Positions 20,039 through 28,310 are shown, counted from the first letter of the stretch. The stretch is 33,561 nucleotides of DNA from an uncultured Clostridia bacterium (GCA_944388895.1 CALXKR010000003.1:1-33561); one strand, 5' to 3'. The notes: generated by a model from the sequence alone, not told the origin. Program-made: numbers and translations.

Positions 20039-22885
20039 TTATCTTGTAGTATTTATTGTATTATTTTCTTCGCTGTTTATTACTTCATTTTCAGTTGTTA
20101 CATTTTTTTCTTTTACAACATTTTCTAATTGGTCAATTAATGTTGTTAGTGTTTGCATATCTTCTCCAAATAGTTTCCAATCTGAATTGCTACTTGAATT
20201 TTTTACATTATTGTGTGCTTTTATTATTTCATTTACTAAATCTTCTACATTATCTGGATTAGTTATATCTATATTCCCTGCTGATTTAGAAAGTAATTTA
20301 GATATTGCCTCATCTAAAGAGTTTCCTATTGCTATTTTGTTTCCAGAAGCTACAACTACTCTTTTTAGTGTAGGTTTTTGTTCAGTTGTTTCATTTAATA
20401 ATTGTTGATAAATAGGTTCTACATATAAAATTGTATTATTTATTGGAACTGCTAACAATGCTTTTGTAATTTTAGTTCCACTAACGTTTAAACTTGCAAT
20501 ATCTGTTGAAATAGTTTCATCTTGATTTATTTGAGTTTCTATTTGCATTGGTCCTAAAACATTACTGTCTGCTGGGAATTCATATATTTCTAATTTTGGT
20601 GTTCCATTTTCATATGTTCCTACCATGTATGAAATCATATTTTGTTTTCCATAAGGTGTAAAAGGAATTACTAATCCTAGTTTTTCTTTATCAGAATTTG
20701 GTACTTTTACCATTGTATAATAGCTTTCCATCTCTGAAGCTGTTTTTCCATTGCTATTTGATTTAGCTATTTGCCAAATATCATTACCTCTATATAACAC
20801 TTCTGGTTGAATATTATGATATTTTTGAACTAACTTAGATTGTATATCATATAAGTATTTAGGATATACAAAGTGTTTACTAATATCTTCTGGTATCGCT
20901 TCGTCTTTTGATACAAAAAGTTCTGGATACATGTTGTTATAAGCCATTGCAATTGGATCTGTTCTATCTGTAATATAAAATTTCATACTTCCATCAAAAG
21001 CATTAACAATTACTTTTACAGAATTTCGTATATAGTTAATTGTTTCTCCATTTTCTAACAATGTTTGTTGAGAAAATGGATAACTATTTGATGTTGTATA
21101 TGCGTCAATTACCCAATATTGGTTTCCTGAGTCATCAACTACCAAATAAGGATTTTCATCATATTTTAAATATGGCATAATTAATTTTGCGCGTTTCAAA
21201 ACATTTCTGTTAGTTATTATTTTACTTTCATCTGATACACTTCCTGAAAAAGCTAATTTTAAATCTCCTTCTTTAATTCCTAATATTAATCTATCCCAGA
21301 AGTTTAAATTCAAACCAGCATTTCCTGTATAGTGATATTCTTCTTCTTCTCCGCTTTCTATATTTAAGTAATCAAATTCTGAACTATTTTCATTATTTAT
21401 AACTATTGCATCATTTGTTTCTAAACCAAAGTATATTCTAGGTTCTTTTATAGAAATTGGTGAATTTGATGTATCTCCAAACTCTTTTTGAATATTTACT
21501 AAATTACCACTTTCATCTGTAGAACCTGCTAGTGTAATAACAGAACCATAACCATGAGTATATTCATAAGTTTTATTTGAATATGTTGTATTATTATTTG
21601 ATATTTCTCTTGGAGTAACATATACAAGTGTAGGTTTATCGTTTATATTATATTCTTCTATTTGAGTACTTCTAAAAGTATAATATCCTTTTGCTGTTTG
21701 TGAACTTTGTAAATCTTGTAAAACATTGCTGTTACTTACTATAGCTACATTTTCTATTACATTTTTGTTTTCACTTATTTCATTATTTGTAATTGTTCCA
21801 CTATATGAAATGTTTTGTTCGTCAACATTTATACCATACGCAATTTTAGTTTGTTTAATATTTTCTCTTATATAATCTTGGTTTTTGTCTAATTCATTTG
21901 ATCCAACAAAAATTAATTGATATCCAGCAAGTACTACTGCAAGAATAACCAAGTATACAGGAACTATTAAAACATTTCCTACTACTCTTCTTGTACTTTT
22001 ATCTTTCATAGCTTTATATGCTCTAAATACAGAAATAACAGTAAGAATAGCTAATATTACATATCCCCAAAGTTTAACAGTTACATCTGAAATGTTTGCA
22101 CCAAATAAAGAATAAGTTGTTGCATCATTTAGTTCAATGTTTAAGAATTTCTCGTTTCCTATATTTTGAACCATTGAGAAGAATACTATTAATCCTAAAA
22201 GAATAGCAATTAATTTAATTCTTGAACCCAATTTTCCAAGTAAGTCACATTTTTTTATAGATTCACGTTCAACTCCATCAAAGCTAATATTAAGTACAAT
22301 AAGTGAATATGCTACTGCATATACAATAGTTGCAACAACAACTACTAATAAATACATTAACACAAAATTAATTAATGGTCTTTGGAACATAAAATATGAT
22401 ATGTCTAATCCAAAAACAAAATCCGTTGTTCCAAACTTTGAATTACTAAAACATAATAAAATGTTATTAAGTAACATTTGTGTAGTTGCTAAACTTCCCA
22501 CTAAGGCAATTACAAAAGATACAGATTTATTTGGAAATTTTGGCATTTCCTTTTTTTCATCGTCAAAAAATATTTTTAAGCCTTTTCTAATTGTTCTATT
22601 TGTAAAATAGAAAGCACAATAAAGAAATGCAAAATTTATAACAAATGTAATTGCATTATATGTGATGTTTTTCCAAAAAGCTGTTAAATATACCTCTCCT
22701 ATTCCTTTTACTTCTAAGTAACTACCTTTTATATAAACATATGTTGCTATAAAAGCAAAAAGTACAACCGCTAAAACAATAATAGTTCTTTTTCTAGCTT
22801 TCTTTGTAATATTTTTTTCTTTTTCATTATTATTTGTTGTTACTTCTTTTTTGTTATTGTCTATTTTTTTATTTTCTTTACTCAA
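20039..22885 (-). CDS. UPF0182 family membrane protein
   Basis: Multi-TM N-terminus, FGLDISYFMF, YTHGYG, PRIYFG, W.IDAYTTS..YPFS, NYIRNSVK..VNAFDG, ILYVEPIY. Confidence 0.9.
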   Translation of the reverse strand: MSKENKKIDNNKKEVTTNNNEKEKNITKKARKRTIIVLAVVLFAFIATYVYIKGSYLEVKGIGEVYLTAFWKNITYNAITFVINFAFLYCAFYFTNRTIRKGLKIFFDDEKKEMPKFPNKSVSFVIALVGSLATTQMLLNNILLCFSNSKFGTTDFVFGLDISYFMFQRPLINFVLMYLLVVVVATIVYAVAYSLIVLNISFDGVERESIKKCDLLGKLGSRIKLIAILLGLIVFFSMVQNIGNEKFLNIELNDATTYSLFGANISDVTVKLWGYVILAILTVISVFRAYKAMKDKSTRRVVGNVLIVPVYLVILAVVLAGYQLIFVGSNELDKNQDYIRENIKQTKIAYGINVDEQNISYSGTITNNEISENKNVIENVAIVSNSNVLQDLQSSQTAKGYYTFRSTQIEEYNINDKPTLVYVTPREISNNNTTYSNKTYEYTHGYGSVITLAGSTDESGNLVNIQKEFGDTSNSPISIKEPRIYFGLETNDAIVINNENSSEFDYLNIESGEEEEYHYTGNAGLNLNFWDRLILGIKEGDLKLAFSGSVSDESKIITNRNVLKRAKLIMPYLKYDENPYLVVDDSGNQYWVIDAYTTSNSYPFSQQTLLENGETINYIRNSVKVIVNAFDGSMKFYITDRTDPIAMAYNNMYPELFVSKDEAIPEDISKHFVYPKYLYDIQSKLVQKYHNIQPEVLYRGNDIWQIAKSNSNGKTASEMESYYTMVKVPNSDKEKLGLVIPFTPYGKQNMISYMVGTYENGTPKLEIYEFPADSNVLGPMQIETQINQDETISTDIASLNVSGTKITKALLAVPINNTILYVEPIYQQLLNETTEQKPTLKRVVVASGNKIAIGNSLDEAISKLLSKSAGNIDITNPDNVEDLVNEIIKAHNNVKNSSSNSDWKLFGEDMQTLTTLIDQLENVVKEKNVTTENEVINSEENNTINTTR

Positions 22886-22901
22886 TTTATATCACCTTTC
22901 T

Positions 22902-23780
22902 TTATATTATTGCATCTATAAATTCTTTACTATTAAATTGTTCCATATCATCTATTTGTTCTCCTATTCCTATAAATTTAATAGGAATTTTATTCTCTTG
23001 TACTATACCAATAACAACTCCACCTTTTGCAGTACCATCTAATTTTGTTAAAACTAATCCTGTAATTCCAGTTGTTTCTTTAAATGACTTTACTTGTGAA
23101 ATTGCATTTTGTCCTGTAGATGCATCTAATACCAAAAGCGTTTCTTTTGAGCTATTAGGCAATTCTCTATCAATTACTCTTTTTATTTTTTCTAATTCAT
23201 CCATTAAGTATTTTTTATTTTGTAATCTTCCTGCTGTATCACAAATTAAAACATCTGCATTTTCATTTTTTGCAACTTTAATTGCATCAAATATTACTGA
23301 TGCTGGATCAACACCTTCTGGTCCTTTTACTATTTGTACTCCAGCTCTGTTTGCCCATACTTCAAGTTGTTCAACTGCTGCTGCTCTAAATGTGTCTCCT
23401 GCTGCTACAATTACTTTTTTTCCTTCTTTTACAAGCTTATTTGCTATTTTTCCTATTGAAGTTGTTTTTCCTGCTCCATTTACTCCTACCATTAAAATAA
23501 CAGCTGGAGTATTATCTAAGTCTAAATCTGATTTTTCTGAATCTAGTATATTTGCAATTTCATCTCTTAAAGCTTGTCTTACTTCTTCTGCTTCTTTTAA
23601 ATTATCTTTTTTAATTTTTTGTCTAAGATTTTCTATTATATTTTCTGTAGTTTCCATTCCTACATCTGCAATTATTAATTTTTCTTCTAATTCTTCTAGT
23701 AAATTTTCATCTACTTTTGTAAAGCTAAATACTTGTTTAGTTTTAGCTAGTCCTTGCTTTAATTTATCAAAAAATCCCAT
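22902..23780 (-). CDS. ftsY: Signal recognition particle receptor FtsY (NG domain only)
   Basis: GVNGAGKTT, DTFRAAA, DTAGRLQ, DASTGQNA, TKLDGTAKGG. Confidence 0.98.
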   Translation of the reverse strand: MGFFDKLKQGLAKTKQVFSFTKVDENLLEELEEKLIIADVGMETTENIIENLRQKIKKDNLKEAEEVRQALRDEIANILDSEKSDLDLDNTPAVILMVGVNGAGKTTSIGKIANKLVKEGKKVIVAAGDTFRAAAVEQLEVWANRAGVQIVKGPEGVDPASVIFDAIKVAKNENADVLICDTAGRLQNKKYLMDELEKIKRVIDRELPNSSKETLLVLDASTGQNAISQVKSFKETTGITGLVLTKLDGTAKGGVVIGIVQENKIPIKFIGIGEQIDDMEQFNSKEFIDAII

Positions 23781-23929
23781 GTTTTTTCCTTTCTTATTAA
23801 TTTAGATTTTTTCATTTAATATTGTAGCATAAATTTTGTAAAAAGTATACTAGTATAGGTAATTTTTATAAAATTGTACAGGTATAATTTAATACAATAT
23901 TTATCATATTTTTTATCGCGACATATAGT

Positions 23930-23960
23930 AATCTCCCCCGGGGCTGACCCGGGGGAGATT
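23930..23960. terminator. Strong GC-rich hairpin downstream of the tRNA fragment
   Basis: AATCTCCCCCGGG-GCTGA-CCCGGGGGAGATT, perfect 13-bp stem. Confidence 0.6.
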
Positions 23961-24018
23961 TATAATACTCCTTAAAGCAATTTTAAAATTAAAACTTAAT
24001 TTTAAACCAAAACGTGGT

Positions 24019-24065
24019 TGGAGCCACCAGCGAGAATCGAACTCGCGACCTACAGGTTACGAACC
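24019..24065 (-). pseudogene. 3' half of a tRNA-Thr(CGT); att-like site at the integrase end of the island
   Basis: Minus strand GG-TTCGTAA-CCTGT-AGGTC-GCGAG-TTCGATT-CTCGC-TGGTGGC-T-CCA; no D-arm or 5' acceptor strand upstream. Confidence 0.88.
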
Positions 24066-24175
24066 AATAGGTATTGTTTTTAGCTCGCATATAAATATTT
24101 TTTTATTTCAGTCGCTAAAGTTATTCATATTAGTGACTTTTATCATATCACATAATTAAAATTTTATCTACCTTT

Positions 24176-25489
24176 TTATGCAATTTTTCTAATAATTCTG
24201 ATTTTTCCCTTTATTTTCCCTTTATAAATAATTGGTGTTTTCTTTTCTTCTTTCAGGATATTATTCTTATAAAATTCTTCTATTTTTTTATTTTCTTCTT
24301 TTTCAAATTCAATTAATAAATGGGTATATCTATCTGTCATTCTTGAAGTTGAATGTCCTAATAATTTTTGCAAATATTTTACAGAAATTCCAGCTTCTAA
24401 ACATCTTGTAGCAAAGGTATGTCTTAATTGATGTACTCCTATATGTCTAAATCCAATCTGTTTTAAATATCTACTTAATTTTGTCCATAAAAAATCTGCT
24501 TTAATTCTATTGCCTTTGCTTGTCAAAAAAAGAGGTTTTCCCTTAAGTTCTGCTATAGACTTTATGTTATTAACTTTCATATATTCTTCTCTATATTTTT
24601 TTAATAACTCATATGCTCCAAATAGCATTGGTATTTTTCTTACACTACTCTCTGTTTTCAAATCACTTTCTTCAACTGTATTTTTTTGTCTTTTTAATTC
24701 TTCAGTGAATAGTGCAGTACAAACTAAACCATTTCTAACCATTACTATTCTATTTTTAAAATCTATATCATCCCAGTCAGAACCTGCTGCTTCACTTGCT
24801 CTTTCTCCTGTTTTTAGTAAAAACAAATAAACTGTAAATTCATATTTATGTGCAAGTAAATTTTCAAATTCTCTTTGTTCTTCTCTTGACATTATTTCTG
24901 GTTCTTTAACTCTTAATTTAGGTGGATCTACTTTTTGCACACAATTACTTTTTAATAAATTATTTTTTATTGCCGCTTCAAAAGCCATATTTAGAACACA
25001 ATATGTATCTTTTATTGTTTTAGGTGCTAACTGTTTTTTAGTAGTTTTACATTGTCCTGTTTTCATTTTAGTCAATATTTGTTGAATATGAATAGGTTGT
25101 ATCTTTTGTAATTCATATTTTCCTATTTCAGGAACAATATATTTTGTGATTGCAATAATATAGGAACTTAAAGTGTTATTATTGACTACTCCTCTTTTAT
25201 ATGTATTTATCCACTTTTTTAGCCATTCTTCTACAGTTATGTTATTACTTAAAATATAAGAATTATTTTCAGATTCATTTTTTATTTGAGCCATTTTTTG
25301 AATAACTACTCTTTTATCCTTGTCGCTGACAGATACTTGTTTTTTTATTCCATCAATTTCTATTGTAACTCTTCCTTCATATGAGTTACCTTTTTTTCTA
25401 ATTGACCCTTCGCCTTTATTTCTTCTTTTCACATCACCTAATTTCTTTTTACTCTTTTTTTCTTTTATATCATTTTTTTCTTTACTCAC
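24176..25489 (-). CDS. int: Tyrosine integrase (phage/ICE type with arm-binding and SAM-like domains)
   Basis: RRNKGEGSIRK N-terminus, TVEEWL..W, catalytic TGERASE (R), LKTESS (K), HQLRHTFATR, LGH, MTDRY. Likely GTG start 25489 behind GAGGTG (ORF track 25552). Confidence 0.93.
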   Translation of the reverse strand: MSKEKNDIKEKKSKKKLGDVKRRNKGEGSIRKKGNSYEGRVTIEIDGIKKQVSVSDKDKRVVIQKMAQIKNESENNSYILSNNITVEEWLKKWINTYKRGVVNNNTLSSYIIAITKYIVPEIGKYELQKIQPIHIQQILTKMKTGQCKTTKKQLAPKTIKDTYCVLNMAFEAAIKNNLLKSNCVQKVDPPKLRVKEPEIMSREEQREFENLLAHKYEFTVYLFLLKTGERASEAAGSDWDDIDFKNRIVMVRNGLVCTALFTEELKRQKNTVEESDLKTESSVRKIPMLFGAYELLKKYREEYMKVNNIKSIAELKGKPLFLTSKGNRIKADFLWTKLSRYLKQIGFRHIGVHQLRHTFATRCLEAGISVKYLQKLLGHSTSRMTDRYTHLLIEFEKEENKKIEEFYKNNILKEEKKTPIIYKGKIKGKIRIIRKIA

Positions 25490-25589
25490 TAAAATCACCT
25501 CGTAAATATGTTTTAGTAGAGTTAGAATATATTTGTACTTATTATTATACATCTATTCTTCTACTAAAAAAAGCTCAAAAAAAATTTTT

Positions 25590-25994
25590 TTAATATTTAA
25601 TAAAATTCCCTATATTCTTGGTCATCCAGTCATTTATTCCTAATTTATTTATTAAAATTCTTCTCTTAAATTTCACACATGGGAAATCAGGCAATTTTAC
25701 GAGTTCGGCAACTAACTGTTTACTTACTCCTAAATATTCTGCACATTCTTCTATAGTCATTCCTATTTTTTCAATCCCTGTATTTATTGTTATTTTATTT
25801 TTTCCTTCTTTTATTAATATTTCTTTCATTAGTTTCATTAACATATTCTCATCTTTATATACTTCAAACATAGTTCTTATTTCTTCAATTACATCTTCAA
25901 CTGTTCTCTCTTTATTAGCACTATGAAAAATGCTATGAAATGCCATTACTATATAGCCTATACAGCATTCTCTGTTTATATAAATTCTTTCCAT
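25590..25994 (-). CDS. Excisionase-like HTH_17 protein with a ~75-aa N-terminal extension
   Basis: C-terminal MTIEECAEYLGVSKQLVAELVKLPDFPCVKFKRRILIN...NDWM; directly upstream of int; GGAGG RBS. Confidence 0.8.
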   Translation of the reverse strand: MERIYINRECCIGYIVMAFHSIFHSANKERTVEDVIEEIRTMFEVYKDENMLMKLMKEILIKEGKNKITINTGIEKIGMTIEECAEYLGVSKQLVAELVKLPDFPCVKFKRRILINKLGINDWMTKNIGNFIKY

Positions 25995-26013
25995 ATTTTT
26001 ATTCCTCCATTAT

Positions 26014-26038
26014 AAAAAGCCAGTATATAACCTGACTT
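26014..26038 (-). terminator. Weak terminator-like hairpin in front of the excisionase
   Basis: Minus strand AAGTCAG-GTTATATA-CTGGCTT-TTT. Confidence 0.45.
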
Positions 26039-26201
26039 ATTTAGTATTTTTATATTTTTTATTTTTATAATCCCTTAAAAAATTTACCTGTTCTTGATCT
26101 TCCATCATTAGTTCCTTTTCTGATTTATTTTTGTTTCCACCAATTATCACACAAAACATACTTGTTCCAATTAATATTAGTATCAAAATTAATATAAACA
26201 T
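26037..26201 (-). CDS. 54-aa single-TM small protein (not in ORF track)
   Basis: MFILILILILIGTSMFCVIIGGNKNKSEKELMMEDQEQVNFLRDYKNKKYKNTK; GGAGGT RBS at 26206-26211. Confidence 0.7.
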   Translation of the reverse strand: MFILILILILIGTSMFCVIIGGNKNKSEKELMMEDQEQVNFLRDYKNKKYKNTK

Positions 26202-26211
26202 TATTACCTCC

Positions 26212-26563
26212 GACTTTTAGTGTTTTAATTCATTAAATGGTAATCAGCTACATTACTCCTCAGGAATCTAACCTATCTGAACTCAGACTTGTTTTCATTG
26301 CTTGGGACGGTTCTTTCTCGCTCGTGCTATGACTAAACAAGAGTATTATTATTCATCTTTATTAGTTATCGCCTTATCAGTTGCTAACTGATATTTAAGT
26401 TTTATAGTTCTGCATCTATAAATTAAACTAGCTCTTAATAAAGTGTTTATTTAACGAATGTTATTCAATTTTCAATGTGCTTTTTATTCTCAAAATAGAA
26501 ATAAGTGAAAGAGTTTTCTTACCCCTTCACTTATTTGCTCACAAAATTTGATTTTGTCCCCCC
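26212..26563 (-). ncRNA. Putative structured cis-acting RNA with a boxA-like element
   Basis: ORF-free region with a 15-bp hairpin (26499-26536), GCACATTGAAAATTGAATA (26462-26480), stems at 26375-26393, 26288-26341 and 26276-26287, and a T-loop-like AGGTTAGATTCCT. Confidence 0.55.
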
Positions 26564-27019
26564 CTATTTTTCAAAAAATTTTTTTATTTTTTTCAAACCT
26601 AGTTGAAGACTCTTTTCTATTTGCTTTTTTTGAACCATTTCTATTTTAGCTAAATCTCTTATTGTAATTTCATTTACTATGTGTAAATCTATTCTTCTAT
26701 ATTGAGCTTCTGTAAGATTTTGCATTGCTTGATTTACTTTTTTTCTCTCTATATTTTTTATAACCGTTTCTTCTACACTTTCCACTGGATCAAAAGCTCT
26801 TTTATATATTTCTTCATCAGTTAATGAAGAATGTTCTAAATATCTACTTGTTTCATTTTTTATCTTTGTATAAGCTTTTTTTGATTTCATATATGTATCA
26901 AATATTTCCTTATCAATTTCAATTCTACAGTCTTGGTTGGCACTATCTACAAATGATATGTAATATTTATCTTCATCCTCTATATATTCTAAAGTATAAC
27001 TATCTACTTCGTATTGCAC
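26564..27019 (-). CDS. Sigma-70 region-4 (ECF/Tn916 Orf7-like) transcription factor
   Basis: SVEETVIK..ERKKVNQAMQNLTEAQYRRI.L....TIRDLAKIE.VQKKQIEKSLQLGLKKIKKF; GTG start behind AGGAGG. Confidence 0.78.
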   Translation of the reverse strand: MQYEVDSYTLEYIEDEDKYYISFVDSANQDCRIEIDKEIFDTYMKSKKAYTKIKNETSRYLEHSSLTDEEIYKRAFDPVESVEETVIKNIERKKVNQAMQNLTEAQYRRIDLHIVNEITIRDLAKIEMVQKKQIEKSLQLGLKKIKKFFEK

Positions 27020-27034
27020 TGTCCTTCCTCCTAT

Positions 27035-27223
27035 TCATTTCAAATTTTTTGAAATGAATTTAGGTGGGCTACGACAGTGAAGTTCTATAGTACAAAAAAA
27101 ATCAAGTACACATGAAATAACTGCATACTTGATTCGTAAAAAAAGACATAATAATCTTTTAAGGACATATTTTAATATATTAAATTTGCTATATGTAATA
27201 TTATTAGTCAAACCTTTTAACAT
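27035..27223 (-). CDS. 62-aa leader ORF ending in RSPP (putative ribosome-arrest peptide)
   Basis: AGGAG RBS 6 nt before ATG; ...IELHCRSPPKFISKNLK; stop codon lies inside a hairpin adjoining the SD of the sigma gene. Confidence 0.6.
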   Translation of the reverse strand: MLKGLTNNITYSKFNILKYVLKRLLCLFLRIKYAVISCVLDFFCTIELHCRSPPKFISKNLK

Positions 27224-27496
27224 ATAAAACTCCTAAAAGAAAATTGACTTAACAATTTCTAAAAGGAGTTTTTATTTTTTAGGGGATATTATTAACTCAT
27301 CAAAGTCCGAAATATTTATTGTAATTTTCTTTTGTTCTTCATAATTCTTTTGATTAGCCTCCTTTTCAGACCTTGATTAAGTTGATTAGATTATATTTTC
27401 TTTTAGGTCTTTTGTGATAGTTGGGTTAAAAAGGGCTATAAAAAGGTAAAAAAAGGCTACTACTTTTTGCTTTTGGCATATATTTCCATTTTAATA

Positions 27497-27525
27497 TTGA
27501 TTTTACATAATATTTGTGATATAAT
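27497..27525 (+). promoter_or_regulatory. sigma-A promoter of the Spo0A-like gene
   Basis: TTGATT (27497-27502), 17 bp, TATAAT (27520-27525) with extended -10 TG. Confidence 0.65.
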
Positions 27526-27559
27526 ATCCTCATATTTAAAGCATTTGTGGAGGTTTGCA

Positions 27560-28276
27560 ATGTTAAAAGTTCTAGTAGCTGATGAAAATCATGCAGCAAA
27601 CTTAGATTGCTGTCAATATCTAGCAAATGATAAAAACCTCGATGTACTAAGTACAAATAGTGGAATTAATACTATAAATGCATATAATAATTTTCATCCT
27701 AATGTATTAGTAATAAATTCTGACTTTAAGGATAGGAGTTATACTGAAATACTCAATGAACTTTCTTCTACATCACTTGAAAGACAAAAAACCAATGTAA
27801 TCCTTACTGTAGAAGATAATGGGAAAAGAATTGAATTAGATTTCATGGCTAAAGTTTATAAGTTGTTTTATTCTGTTGACTATGAAAAAATTAGAGAAGG
27901 AATAGAACAATATAACTTAGATAATGTGATTTTTTATGAGCCAAACGAGAAAACTTTAAGTGCATTGTTTTATAAATTGAATTTGTATAACGAACAAACT
28001 GGAGCTAGTTATCTAAAATATGCCATTATACAATCTTATAATAACCAAACATCAACAAAGACCTTAAATGACATTTTTAGTTTAGTTTCCAAAGCATTTA
28101 ATGTTTCCTATAAATCTGTTAGACCTGCAATGAGAAATGCTCTAAAATCTGTAAATAATTATAGAAAAAAATGTGGTAATACTGGGATTTTTAAACTGTT
28201 TGAAAATGAAGACTCAATTACTCCAAAAAATTTTATAAAAATTATAACTAGATATTATATAAAACAAAAAAAATAA
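27560..28276 (+). CDS. Spo0A-like regulator: pseudo-receiver plus Spo0A C-terminal DNA-binding domain
   Basis: MLKVLVADEN...HPNVLVIN receiver fold; GASYLKYAI...DIFSLVSKAFNVSYKSVRPAMRNAL...TPKNFI aligns by eye with Spo0A_C. ATG 27560 behind GGAGG (ORF track 27467). Confidence 0.75.
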   Translation: MLKVLVADENHAANLDCCQYLANDKNLDVLSTNSGINTINAYNNFHPNVLVINSDFKDRSYTEILNELSSTSLERQKTNVILTVEDNGKRIELDFMAKVYKLFYSVDYEKIREGIEQYNLDNVIFYEPNEKTLSALFYKLNLYNEQTGASYLKYAIIQSYNNQTSTKTLNDIFSLVSKAFNVSYKSVRPAMRNALKSVNNYRKKCGNTGIFKLFENEDSITPKNFIKIITRYYIKQKK

Positions 28277-28310
28277 AAGAAATAAGTAATTATTGAAACT
28301 TATTTCTTTT
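28275..28310. terminator. Bidirectional terminator between the Spo0A-like and radical SAM genes
   Basis: AAAAGAAATAAGT-N10-ACTTATTTCTTTT. Confidence 0.7.

Noticed and set aside
19905-20408. 167-aa plus-strand ORF
   Set aside because: Antisense to pgsA and the UPF0182 gene; no recognisable motif
22834-23805. 323-aa plus-strand ORF
   Set aside because: Antisense shadow of ftsY
23930-23960. GC-rich palindrome as a REP/MITE or rolling-circle origin
   Set aside because: Single copy in the window, and its position downstream of a tRNA 3' end fits an ordinary terminator or processing stem
27316-27342. Mini-ORF MKNKRKLQ behind AAGGAGG in the island leader
   Set aside because: SD-to-ATG spacing is 15 nt, too long to support without data
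27426-27656. 76-aa minus-strand ORF
   Set aside because: Overlaps the Spo0A-like gene start and promoter on the opposite strand; no RBS
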